From positions 69,488,935 to 69,552,934 of the forward strand of contig NC_092376.1 of the NCBI RefSeq assembly GCF_030028105.1: a stretch of 64,000 nucleotides of DNA, in the 5' to 3' direction. Numbering within the stretch: the first letter of the stretch is position 1; the number at the start of each line of letters is the position of its first letter. The stretch comes from Mobula birostris (Eukaryota). The notes beneath the pieces were generated by a model. It was not told the origin of the DNA, did not search any database, and saw only the letters and a program-made list of their open reading frames with translations. The position numbers were made by a program, and so were the translations under genes. Below are positions 12,365 through 24,659 of the stretch, in pieces.

Positions 12365-13005
12365 TCTCACAGAGTGAAAAACAAACTGCTGGAAGAACAA
12401 TGGATCAGATAGCATCTGTGGAATAAAAAGGATGATTGATCCTTTCAGGTTGAGAACATGTGGCAGGATTGTGCATAGAGGGGAGATAACCAGTGAATGA
12501 AAGTGAGAAGGAGTAGTGAGATGGGATGAAATATCTCAGGTAACCCACCCCCTTTGTTCCTTTCCCCCTCCTACCAGTCCTTGCAGGCTCCTTCTCCCTC
12601 TCTTCACCCTTCCATTCCTCCTCCCACCTTGTTATCATGTTCCACTATGCTTCCACATCTGGATCCATTTGCCATTACCCACATACCAACCTTGTTGGGT
12701 TTCTTCACCCTTGATTTTCCTTCCTCTACCATATCTTACCTGCTCATCTGGTCTGGTCCTCCAGTATCTGGTCCCACATATCACCTCTATCTCCACCCTT
12801 CCCCAACCCCTCTTTCACCCAGCTCCATTTGCCTATTATTTCACTTATCTGTTACCACCTGTCACCTACTGGACTCTGCCTCACTTGCTATCTTCCCTCA
12901 ATCACTCTCAATCCTGATACAAGGTCTTGACCCAAAATGTTGACCATCCCCTTTGCCACCTGTTTTTAGCTTGAGGTTCCTGCATCTACAGTCTCACGTG
13001 TCTCC
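12365..13005. mobile_element. Penelope-like element 3'/pLTR remnants in inverted arrangement
   Basis: tgctggaagaac...agcatctgtgga block on one side and the complementary cctgat..aaggtcttgacccaaaatgttgac block on the other. Same family as 37485-38122, which keeps a GIY-YIG remnant. Confidence 0.6.
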
Positions 13006-15664
13006 TCTTTGTCCAACAGAGTTCTTTGCTGTGTGGCCATATAAAAACATAGATAGGGTCATGAATTCCATCAATCCTATACCTTCTTTGAATGATCATG
13101 ACTAGTAATTTACTTTCACTGGGTGGCCTTCCTCTCCCAGGATAGCTCTGGAAGTAAATTCTTTGGAATCCCATGCCCTGAATATCAAGTTAATCAGGTC
13201 TTAATGGGATGTATGTGGTGTTAGTTAAAAGTGTAGCATTGGGCAGGAGTGATCTGAAGCCTCTCTCTTCTGGCAAGGGAATCCTCTTCAAATATTTTGC
13301 TTGTCTCTCAGTTTCAATCTCATCCCCTCTTCACTGTCAATATCTTCATGGTCCTCCATCACAGGTCCAAAGCTTGGGCCTTGACTAATTGAGTATGTAA
13401 ACATCTGCCCAGCCATTTAATCCCATTTCTGACCTTTGACTTGATCTCTTTCTTCAACGTTGAGCATGTCCTTGAAGTCACTGAACAGCATTCCATATCT
13501 TGATGCTGGTCTCCAATCTACCATGCCGCTGGATCCAGGAGGAGATGTCGAGATGGTGGGTCTGGACCTGTGCAAACCCCTACTCACCTAAAATCCACTC
13601 ACGCACACGCTGTTCCTTTCTGAGGAGTGGGGTAACACCCCACTAACTGACTAAAAGGAACCATCATCATCCCATGGGATGGATAGCCAGAGAGGGAGAG
13701 ACCAGAAGTCTAACATCTGTCCGACTTTCAACGGGCATACTTAATTCCTTCTCCTTGCTGTGCAATGGCTAAATAATAAAGGAAGGCCACTTGAGAATGG
13801 AGTAATGTGGAATGACAATTCTCTTCTACTTTGGCACGAGAAACCTTGCATCAATTTATTATAGTAGCATGAAATGGAAAACCAAATTAGCTCCTGTACT
13901 ACACCACTCTAATAGCAACAAACCATGCATTCACTGATGGTTGTTACACATCTGGATCCACCACAAGTTAAATACAGATGCAGAAAGTTCATCAACATAC
14001 CATCTGTTGATTAAAATAGCTCTGATGCATTCATTTCCATTACCCTGTCCAAAAGTTAATTCCAAATGTTAGTGTTAAAAATAACCGCCTGTCATCAGCC
14101 CTAAATTTACCTGCTGGATAAGTACTCCAGATTTACTGTTTGCTGGTGTTAATACCATTGAGGATTTTTTTTTTCTGTCTTCTTGTTCCTTGGAGAGTTC
14201 ATGCCCTTCTCATTTATCAGTTTCCATTTATGGAAATTATTGGAATTTACTGTGTATGTGTTTTATTTGTGAGCCAGAACTCAACCTTTGAAGCAACAAT
14301 GAATAAGTTTGACTGAGAAATTGTTTGATGAATTTCTATTCTTGCATAAACATTGTGCATTAGCCTAAAGCTGTGTTCAAGTGTCTGAGAAAGAACATAA
14401 TATTTCATTGCATGGTTTGAAGAGTGGTATTGTTTTAGTTGCAGAAAGCACCATTTAACAACTCTGTTGCAGTATCTCATGATGCAGCTGCAACCTCCTT
14501 AGGCAGACAACACAATTAACACTCTTCCAGTCAATGGAAACTGATGATTAGTTTCAAATGGTTGCAGGTATTACACCAGAGACAGGGAGCGAGATGAAGG
14601 GAGCCTATGGTGGTCGTTGGACAATGTATGAGTGAAGCTGCAGCCTTTCCAAGGCTCAATCATTGCTGGTACAAAGGTCCCAGAGAGGTGTCTGTCAGAC
14701 ACAATGGCCCTTGCAGTGCACACCAGAGTTGCAAGAAATATGACATTCATAACCATTCTCTTTGTATCCATTCACAAAGCCTTAGTAAATTGTTAAATTG
14801 GTTTATTATTGTTGCATTTACAGAGGTACAGTGAAAATCTTGGCCTGCACACCTTTCATACTGATCAATTCATTACAAAAGTGCATTGAGGTAAAACAGC
14901 AACAGAATGCAGAATGAAGTATTACATTCACAGAGAAAATGCAGTGCAGATAGACAATAAAGTGAAAGTCACAACAAGGTAGATTGTGAGATCTAAAGTC
15001 CATTTTATCCTACTAGGAAACTATTCAATATTCTTATAACAGTTGGGTGGAAGCTGTCCGGTGTGCCTGGTGTATCCACTTCCAAGCTTTTGTATCTTCT
15101 GCCTAATGGAAGGGGTAAGAAGAGAGAATATCTGGAGAGGGGGAGTCTTTGAATAGGCTTGTTCTCTTACCAAGGCAGCAAGACATATAAACAGATTCCA
15201 TGGTGCAGAGGCTTGTTTCATTGATATGTTGACAAGTCTCTGCGGTTTCTTGTGGTCATAGCTAGAGGAGTTGCCACACCAACCCATTATATGAAAACCC
15301 AGATAGGCGTCTTTCTATATTTCAGTTATAAAGATTGATAAGGATCAAGAGGAACAAGGATCAATTGATAAGGATAAGGGTCAAAAGGACATGCCAAATT
15401 TATTTAGCCTCCTGAGAACGTACAGGCACTGGTGGATTTTCTTGGCTGGGCCATCAATGTGCTTGGATTAGGACAAGCCACTGATGATGTTTACTTGCAG
15501 AAACCTGAAGCATTCAACTCTCTTGACCTCAGCACTGTTAATATATATGGGAGCACATGCACTGCCACTCTTCCTGAATCTTTGACTAACTCTTTCATTC
15601 TGCTGACATTGAGAGAAGGACTGTTATTCTGACACAAAGTTACTAGGCACTTTATCTCCCTCCT

Positions 15665-15947
15665 GCATTTATTGAGATACAGCGTGGAATAGGCCCTTTT
15701 GTCCCTTCAAGCTGTGCCACCCAGCAACCCCTTAATTTAACCCTAGCCTAATCACAGGACAATTTACAATGACCAATTAACCTATTAACTGGAGTGTCTT
15801 TAGACTGAGGGAAGAAATCAGAGCACCCGAATGGAACCCATACTGTCACAGGGAGAACGTATAATATCCTTACAGGCAGTGGCCGGAATTGAACCCGGAT
15901 CACTGGTACTGTAAAGCGTTGTGCCTACCACAGTGCTACTCTGCCGC
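15665..15947 (-). mobile_element. tRNA-derived V-SINE (HE1-like)
   Basis: Minus strand begins GCGGCAGAGTAGCACTGTGGTAG with B-box GGTTCAATTCC. V-domain-like GGGTTCCATTCGGGTGCTCTGATTTCTTCCC. CR1-like tail GGGCCTATTCCACGCTGTATCTCAATAAA. Confidence 0.85.
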
Positions 15948-16174
15948 TACTCAGACTCATAATTATTTGAGATATGTCCACTATGTCGATGTCATCCGCA
16001 AACTTGTAGATGGAGTTAAAACAGAATCTGGCCATGCAGTCACAAGTGTACTGAGATAGAGTAAGGAACTGAGGATGCAGCATTGCGGGATACCAGTGTT
16101 GAGGATAATCACACCAAAGGAGTTGCTGTCTGTCTTTACTGATTGCAGTTTGTTAGTCAGGAAGTCAAGGATCC

Positions 16175-18891
16175 TATTTCTTAAAAGGAAATTGCCGAGG
16201 CTGTACGTTCATTGAATTCGGAGAAGGCTCCTGGTCCTGATGGATTTTCTGCAGAATTTTATAAGGTGTTTTCCTTACAGCTTATATCTCATTAATGTTC
16301 AGTTTTTTCAGCTTCCTTTAAGTTGGGTAGGTTGCCACAATCTTTCTATGAAGCTTCTATTTTGCTTATCCTTAAAAAGAATAAGAACCCAACTGAATGC
16401 TCTTCATACAGACCAATTTCCTTACTTAATGCTGATACTAAAATTCTATCCAAAGTTTTGGCCCGTAGGATTGGAAATATTTTACAATCTATCATTTCTG
16501 ATGATCAGATTGGATTTATTAAAAATGATATTCCCACTTTAATATTCATCATTTATTAAATGTTATTTATTCTCCTTCTAAGGAGATAACGGAATGTGTG
16601 ATATCTTTAGACACTGAGAAGGCTTTTGATCAGGTTGAATGGAATTATTTATTTAAAATCTACAAAAAATTTAATTTGGGGCCCGATTTTATTCAATGGA
16701 TTAAATTACTTTATTTATCTCCCTCTGCTCGGGTTCTTACTAATTTTCAGAATTCCAAACCTTTTAAACTTCAACGTGGAATCAGACAAGATTGTCCCTT
16801 GAGTCCTTTGCCCTTTGATCTGGCCTTAGAACCCTCAGCCATTGCTTTTCGAGAATCTAATGATATTATTGGTATTTCAAGGAGAGGCATTATCCATAAA
16901 GTTTTGCTTTAGGCTGATCATCTATTGCTTTTTATTTCTAGTGTCAAGACTTTGTTATCTCCTGCGCTCTCTTTACTCTCTTGCTTTAGCCAGTTTTCAG
17001 AATATAAACCGAACTTACATAAGAGTGAACTTTTTCCTTTGAATAATTTGGTATCAATTAATACTAACCTTCCTTTTAAAATTGTACAAAATCAATTTAC
17101 CTATTTGGGTGTAACAATTACTAAGAATTATAAACACCTACTTAAAGAAAATTTTCTTACCCTTCTGAATTATGTAAAAAGGGCACTATCAAACTGGTCA
17201 CCCCTTTCATTATCGTTGATTGGCCGAATTAACTCTATTAAAATGAATGTTTTACCTAAATTTATATACCTTTTTCAGGCCTTACCCGTTTTTATTCCTA
17301 AATCCATTTTTGACTCTCTTGGTTCTATTACAGTATATCTTCTTATGTATGGAAAAATAAACATTCTCATCTAAATAAAGTTCACCTTCAAAAAGCTAAA
17401 AAGAATGGAGGTTTAGCTTTACCAAATTTTAGGTTTTATTATTGGGCAGTCAATATACGAAATCTTACATTTTGGTCATATTATATTAACCGTGAGGACT
17501 GTCCAGTATGGGTTTCTTTAGAAGCTAACTCGGTTAATAAATTTTCTATCATTTCTCTTCTTGGATCCTCACTTCCTTAATCCTTAAGAAAATTAACTGA
17601 TAATTTGGTAGTTAAACATACTTTGAGGATCTGGGTACAATTTAGAAAATATTTTGGTTTAATGGGATTTTCTCTTTCAAGTCCCATTTTTTCTAATTAT
17701 ATTTTTAAACCCTCTGTGATCGATCCAGTTTTTAAAGAATGGGATAGATTGGGTATTGAATGCTTCCAGGATTTGTTTGTTCAAGGAAGTCTCCTTTCGT
17801 TTGAGCAATTGTCAACTAAATATAGCTTACCAAAAACCCACTTTTTCCAATATCTACAAATTAGAGACTTTCTGCGTTCTCAATTCATTCATATCCTAAT
17901 AGTCCTGATAAGGACTTATTAGATGTGATTTCTAATTTGAAACCCTTTCATAATGGTTCAATATTCAATATTTATGGCATGTTGTTGGGAATGAGAAATG
18001 CTCCTTTGGACAAAATTAATAATCTCTGGGAACAAGATTTACAGACTTCAGTCTCTGAGGAAACTTGGAATGAAATTTTTAAATTGGTTAACACTTCTTC
18101 GTTATGTGCCGGCCACTCCCTCCTACAACTTAAAGTGGTCCATAGGACTGATATACCCAAGGATAAGCTTTCTCGTTCTTATTCGGATACATCTCCCTTT
18201 TGTGATAGATGTAAAGAGAGAGAAGCTTCATTAATTCACATGTTTTGGACATGTCTGAGTCTTGAAAGGTATTGGAAGGAAGTATTCCAAACATTTTTGG
18301 TACATTTTAAGGTAAATTTTAAGCCTAACCCTTTGACCGCCCTATTCGATATTGTTGGAGGGAAAGATATTATTTTGGAGACGTCTCATTTGCACATTTT
18401 GATGTTTACTTTTCTTATATCTGGGAGGGCGATCTTGTTTAAATGGAAGGATGTTGTTCCGCCTACTCACGCTCAATGGTTACATGACGTTATGTAACTT
18501 AGAGAAGATCCGTTGTTCAATTTCTGAATCTAGTCAAGACTTTCAAACATTGTGGGGACCATTTTTGAACTATTTTCAAAACTTTTAACTTGCTGTTAAA
18601 GTACAGATGGTGGCTAATAACATATTTCACTTTATGATAAGGATTTTTTTTCCTTTTTTCTTTCTTTACCAAACAGCTTTGATCTTGGTAGTGGGTTTAG
18701 ATTTTTTTTTTCTGTATAATAAAATTATTACATTTCAATATTACGACTTAATTTAATTTACATGAATATAGGGTAATGTGATTCTAATATATTGTAATTT
18801 GAATTATTTTATCTTCTTTTTTTGATTTATAATATATATCTTTTGTACTCTGTATTCTTTTATGTAGAAACTAATAAAAATATTGAAAGAA
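16175..18891 (+). mobile_element. 5'-truncated L1-clade LINE (ORF2 RT + C-terminal zinc finger), frameshifted
   Basis: YRPISLLNADTKILSK, ISLDTEKAF, RGIRQDCPLSP, GRINSIKMNVLPK, CDRC...HMFWTC. AATAAA near 18873. 14-bp TSD GAAGTCAAGGATCC at 16161-16174 and 18892-18905. Confidence 0.93.
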
Positions 18892-19488
18892 GAAGTCAAG
18901 GATCCAGATACAAAAAGCCATATTGAATATCATGTCTCAGAGTTAGGTGATAAATTTGCTTGGAATCATAGTATTGAAGGCAGAGTTGTAGTCAATAAAC
19001 AAATGCATAACGTATGTGTCTTTTCTGTTCAGATGCTTCAGTGACAAGGGAAGGGTCAGGGAAATGGCATTTGCTGTAGACCTATTTCTGCTTTGGATGA
19101 ATTGCAGTAGTTTTTGATTGTCTGTGAGGCTGGGGTCAGTGCATGGCATGAACAGCCTCTTCATAGGTGTTAGAACCACTGGTCATCATTGGGCACATAA
19201 CTTTGTTTTTCTTAGGTACCAGGGTTATAGTGGTCTTCTTCAAGGAGATAGGAAACTCAAACAGAAGCAGGGTGAGGTTAAAAATGTTTCCAAGTACCTC
19301 TGCCACCTAATTGTGCATGATCTAAGGGCACCGCCAGGGCACCATCAGGGACATGTGATTATTGTGTATTTAATATTTCAGTAATATTTGAGTAGTATGA
19401 TAAAATATATTGTTTGTTTAAGCATTCTGTGTTTGTTTAAATAATTCATCGCAGGTTTTATGTAAAAGTAGGTGAATGGCATACATCG

Positions 19489-20623
19489 ACACAGTATTGG
19501 GGGTATGGTATTGATGTGGATAGAGAATTGGTTGGCAGATAGGAAGCAAAGAGTGGGAATAAACAGGACCTTTTCAGAATGGCATGCCAGTGACTAGTGG
19601 GGTACTGCAAGGCTCAGTGCTGGGACCCCAGTTGTTTACAATATATATTAATGACTTAGATGAGGGAATTAAATGCAGCATCTCCAAGTTTGCAGATGAC
19701 ACGAAGCTGGACGGCAGTGTTAGCTGTGAGGAGGATGCTAAGAGGATGCAGGGTGACTTGGATAGGTTAGGTGAGTGGGCAAATTCATGGCAGATGCATT
19801 TAATGTGGATAAATGTGAGGTTATCCACTTTGGTGCCAAGAACAGGAAAACAGATTATTATCTGAATGGTGGCCGATTAGGAAAAGGTGAGGTGCATCAA
19901 GATCTGGGTGTCATTGTACACCAGTCATTGAAAGTGGGCATGCAGGTACAGCAGGCGGTGAAAAAGGTGAATGGTATGCTGGCATTCATAGCAAGAGGAT
20001 TCGAGTACAGGAGTAGGGAGGTACTACTGCAGTTGTACAAGGCCTTGGTGAGACCACACCTGGAGTGTTGTGCGCAGCTTTGGTCCCCTAATCTGAGGAA
20101 AAACATTCTTGCCATAGAGGGAGTACAAAGAAGCTTCTCCAGATTGATTCCTGGGATGGCAGGACTTTCATATGATGAAAGACTAGATCGACTAGGCTTA
20201 TACACTCTGGAATTTAGAAGATTGAGGGGGGATCTGATTGAAATGTATACAATTCTAAAGGGATTGGACAGGCTAGATGTAGGAAGATTGTTCCCAATGT
20301 TGGGGAAGTCCAGAACGAGGGGTCACAGTTTGAGGATAAAGGGGAAGCCTTTTAGGACCAAGATAAGGAAAAATTTCTTCACACAGAGAGTGGTGAATCT
20401 GTGGAATTCTCTGCCACAGGAAATAGTTGAGGCCAGTTCATTGTCTATATTCAAGAGGGAGTTAGATATGGCCCTTGTGGCTAAGGGGATCAGGGGGTAT
20501 GGAGAGAAGGCAGGTGCAGGGTTCTGAGTTGGATGATCAGCCATGATCGTACTGAATGTTGGTGCAGGCTCGAAGGGCCGAATGGCCTACTCCTGCACCT
20601 ACTTTCTATATTTCTGTGTTTCT
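19489..20623 (+). mobile_element. CR1 LINE 3' fragment inserted in the 5' LTR of A
   Basis: [56 protein letters not shown]. 8-bp tail repeats tttctata/tttctgtg/tttct. Confidence 0.93.
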
Positions 20624-20951
20624 AACGTACCACCACATTGTATATGCATGCCTCACTCCAAGTAAAAACAAAACTAAGACACATTCTCCTGGGCTGCCGT
20701 CTTTTCCTTTTGAGTTACTAAACATAACAGTGGCAATGAGGAAGTTTTAAACAAACACAGATGACTAATTACTTGTTAAAGTGCAGTGAGACATTCGAGT
20801 TTATAAAAAAGCAAAGTGTGCTTTCTTTGCAAGAGGAGAAGATGGTCAAGTTAAAAAGAAAAGGCATAAAATGGACGAATTCATGGGTTCATACACAAGC
20901 AGTACCAGATGATAATATCACTAAATAAAAACAAGCAGAAATGGCTGGCTA

Positions 20952-21271
20952 CGAGGGGTGATTGATAAGTTTGTGGCCTAAGGTAGACAGAGTCAATTTT
21001 AGAAAACCTAGCACATTTAATTTTCAACATAGTCCCCTCCTACATTTACACACTTAGTCCACTGGTCGTGGAGCATACGGATCTTGGACTTCCAGAAAGT
21101 GTCCACAGCAGGGGTGATTGATATGTTCATGGCCTAAGGTAGAAGGAGATGAGTTGTACAGCTCTTCTTACATGCACGTGCAGTTCAAATCTTTGAGTGA
21201 TTATGCAGACAGTTTGAAGTTAATAACTCATCTCCTTTTACCTTAGGCCACAAACTTATCAATCACCCTCA
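20952..21271. mobile_element. Mariner-type MITE with an extra internal TIR copy
   Basis: TIRs CGAGGGGTGATTGATAAGTTTGTGGCCTAAGGTA and TACCTTAGGCCACAAACTTATCAATCACCCTCA. TA duplication at 20950-51 and 21272-73. Third TIR-like copy at ~21110-21145. Confidence 0.92.
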
Positions 21272-21942
21272 TACATTGGAAAGATAGATGTATTCAATTA
21301 CATGAGAGTTAATTGAAATATGCATACTGAGTGAATTGAACAGTATTTTAAAGCAAGTAGAATTGCTAATGAGAAACGAGTCCCAGTTTTGTTTTGTGCT
21401 ATTGGTGGAAGAATATGCAGTTTGCTTAGAAGTTTGACTGCTTGAATCAAACTAGCCGAAATGAGCTTTGCTGATATCATAAATGAAACACAGGAACATT
21501 TAGGAATGAAAACATTGTTGATTGCAAAATGCTTTAGGTTTCATAAGTGGAATCAAAAGGAAGGGGAGCCCATTTCAGTGTACATGACTGAATTGAGAGA
21601 TTGGCTAAGCATTGTTAATTCAGTAATGGGTTTAGTGATGCCCAGACAGAGCGATTACTTTGAGGAATCTTACTAAAAAGCATTCAAGAACAGCAGCTAA
21701 CTTAAGCACAGCTCACATTTAAAAGAGCAGTTGAAATCACTGTGTCAAAGGAAACAGCAGACAGAGATACAAGTGAGTTGCAATCAGAAATGAACATGAG
21801 CATGCACAAAATTGCAACGCCAAAACAGAAACCAGCCTGGCCAAACAAATTTTGTTACCATTGTATCAGGGGCTCACATATATCAGACCGATGCAGGTTT
21901 AAAGGAGAAACTTGCAGAAAATGTAACAAAGTAGGATACATA

Positions 21943-22568
21943 TGTAATGCCCTGGTTCATATTTTTACTGTTATGCTGTATGTATTTCATTTTGGGCAGT
22001 TCTGTAAGAGCAGTTTGTTTTCAGCTCATTTGGGTTATTGTTGAAGATAAGATTTGAGGAGAAGTGTGTACCATCCAATTAAGTTGATTAAATTAAGGGG
22101 AGGTTTCTCTAGTGAGAGACACTAAGGTTTGGCTTGGGGTTTTATTGTTCGAGAGGAGATGAAGAGAGAAGATGCTGGGGAGAACCAGATGTAGCATACG
22201 ATCTGGTAGCAGACTCGTTTGCTCGAGATGGATTGCAAGTGACATTCGGAAAGTGGTGTGGGCGCTTATGCTGACCGAAGGCCCAGTGTGTGAGTGACAG
22301 AGAAGTTCAAGATGAACTCCAACTTGTGCACATTTGACTGTTTAATTAGAATGGGCCCTTTTCTTTTTGTTATACTTTAATTAAGAATCACAAATATAAT
22401 TCCTTTAATCGTATATGGTGTACTTTCTGTTATTTCATGGCACTGATTTGTAACAGGGTAGCAAATGACAGCATCCACACAAACAGGGGTTTGGAGTGGG
22501 AAAGCACCTCGAGCTCATGAGTTTGGTGGGACCTAGACTTAAGCAGCCACAGAAACTAGGGCGTTTCA
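21943..22568. mobile_element. Solo LTR B inserted in the gag zinc knuckle of A
   Basis: TGTAATGCCCTGG...CTAGGGCGTTTCA termini (short inverted repeat). 4-bp TSD CATA/TATA. The knuckle reading resumes after removal. Confidence 0.85.
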
Positions 22569-23582
22569 TATATGAAGAGTATGCTGGACAGGTAAATATA
22601 AACGGACTGCAAAGGCAAGAGAAAAAGCTGAAGAGTCAAGCTGCAGTTTCAAAACCAACAGAAATCTGCATATTGTTGATGAAATTTCTGATAATAATCA
22701 GAGTAACAGCACTGTGTAGCCTTGAGATTTACAATGTGAAGACTGACAAGAGACAAGCAATATGGCTTACACAAAGAGTGATGGCAAGTTAATTAAAATG
22801 GAATTGGGCACTGGCTTGGCTGTTTCAGTCACTCCACAAAATGAGCTTGAATGGCATTTCAAATATACTGAACTGAAGCCTGCAGATATCCAACTAAGAA
22901 TTTATACTGAAGAAGAAATGACTCCTGTGGGAATGACATTTGTAACAGTGAAATACAACAACCAAGAAGCTACAAAAGGCTTGTCTGTGGCAAAAACAGG
23001 AAGGGCCAGAACTGTAAGGTTGTGATTGGTTGAAACAACTACAACTTGATTGGAGATTGTGAGGGGATCCTGAAGTACCCCTATTAACTGTTGTTTTGAG
23101 AAGAGAGAGAGAGAGAGTTATTTAACACCAACTTGTTTGTAAAAGAGAGAGAGAGATGAAGACTAACTGTTGGACTGTCACTTTAAGAACTGGTTAACTT
23201 TTGGATGTCTGCTGAATTGGAGAACTTTACTCATCATTGTAAGACTGTACCTTTTTACCCCTAGACTTAAAGAAGCTTGGTTTTTAATACATATATTTCC
23301 ACACTTACTGATATACTTACTTATATATATAATCATTGCTAACCTGTTTGATTTATCTACATTTATATCACTGTATTGCGTAGTTGCTAATAAATATTAT
23401 TAGTTTATAGCAATACTGGACTCCAAAGTGTTTTCTATCTCTGCTGGTTCTTCATTCCCATCACGGGGTTCATGACATAAATTGGGACCTGCGACTGGGA
23501 TATGAACAAATTGGTCGGGAGGCTGGTTTGAATTGATTGGGGAAAATCCCTTTTGGTTTGGTTGTGTGGTAATACAGCAAAA

Positions 23583-24659
23583 ATGGATGTTAGTGTTGAG
23601 GAGTTCATGTTGGAACCAACCCCAGAAGTGTTGGCTGATGCTACAAGGGTTGTGCTGTTGGGAATTGCTCAAAGGTTAAAACTAAAGGTGACCACTACAA
23701 TGACGAAAGCTCAGATGCAGACGATAATAGCCCAGTATTATATAGACAAGGGAATGTTTGATGAGGAGGCATTAAAGTTGTTCGTGGAAGGTGAATCTGC
23801 TGAGGATGAGCTTCAGCTTCAGTTGGAAAAATTAAGAATGGAGCATGAATTGAAGTTGCAATTGAAATTAAAACAGCTCGTGGCTGTTGAAGCAGAAAAG
23901 AGAAGGGTCCGTGAGGCTAGAAAGGCAGCAAAACAGAGAGAAGAGTCAGAAAGACAGAGACAGCTTGAGAGGGAGAAATGGCAATGTGAAGATCATGTGG
24001 CAGAAAGACAGAGACAGTTTAAAAGGGAGAGGTTGCAGCAAAGAGGTTTAGTGTCGGACCCTGATGATTTTTACAGCTCGGAAGGGCTAGTTTTGTGTGA
24101 TGAATTTAAAAGTTGTGTTCTTGGTGATATAAGGGCATACTCAGATGCAGAGGATGCTGCTACCCTGAAGGGGTTTGATAAGAAAGCAGACGAAGAAGTT
24201 TTAACCCACAAGGTTGAGTTTACTCCAGAAAAGAGTTTGCCAGTGAATAGCTGGGAGGTTCGGGGAGACCTTGAATTTGAAACTGGAACAAGTGATGACA
24301 GCCCAGAAGAGGCAGCTGTTCCGATTGAATGTGTTCAGGTTGTTGAAGTACCTGTGAGTTCACAAGATTCTGAACCTTATGTTGAGGCTCAGTTGAAGTC
24401 TGATGTGCCTGGCTTGGTTGGAAAGGAATGCTGTTTTTGTGTGTCAGATGATCTTGGTTCAATGAATAAGGGGTTAACTTTGGTACCAGTGGAATGTGAG
24501 GATTCTCAGTCACTTGTATTAGACTGTGTTTTAAAAGCTGGTGAGGTCAGTGTTGCTGAATATAATGGGAAAAGTGCTGTTCCTGGACTTTTGGATAAAG
24601 CGCCGGAAAAGGTCGAATTGGTTGCGCGACCTTTGACCCTGCTTGTACGGCTCTGTTGA
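23583..24659 (+). pseudogene. Internally deleted but open gag-derived ORF of element C
   Basis: MDVSVEEFMLEPT... aligns by eye to the gag of D (MEIEEFLKAPT). Coiled-coil region and SCAN-like LVLCDEFKSCV...ADEEVLTHK. Confidence 0.75.

Larger units (their letters stand above)
14783..19350 (-). mobile_element. Rex1/Babar-type LINE in three pieces (14783-15664, 15948-16174, 18906-19350), split by a SINE and an L1 and cut by LTR element A
   Basis: RT motifs NRSTANAISL...DTYVMHLFIDYNSAFNTMIPSK (ORF 18943-19179) and WCGNSS...KKPQRLV (15021-15287). The sequence rejoins across both insertions. Confidence 0.85.

Noticed and set aside
12405-12943. Pro/Ser/Leu-rich ORFs of 77-133 aa
   Set aside because: Artefact of pyrimidine-rich Penelope 3' sequence that is poor in stop codons.
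14571-14771. 66-aa ORF with a signal-peptide-like start
   Set aside because: Short, abuts a LINE tail, and has no splice, promoter or homology support.
15870-15947. tRNA-like sequence with A/B boxes (also 37020-37098)
   Set aside because: These are SINE heads that continue into SINE bodies and tails. No full cloverleaf is visible.
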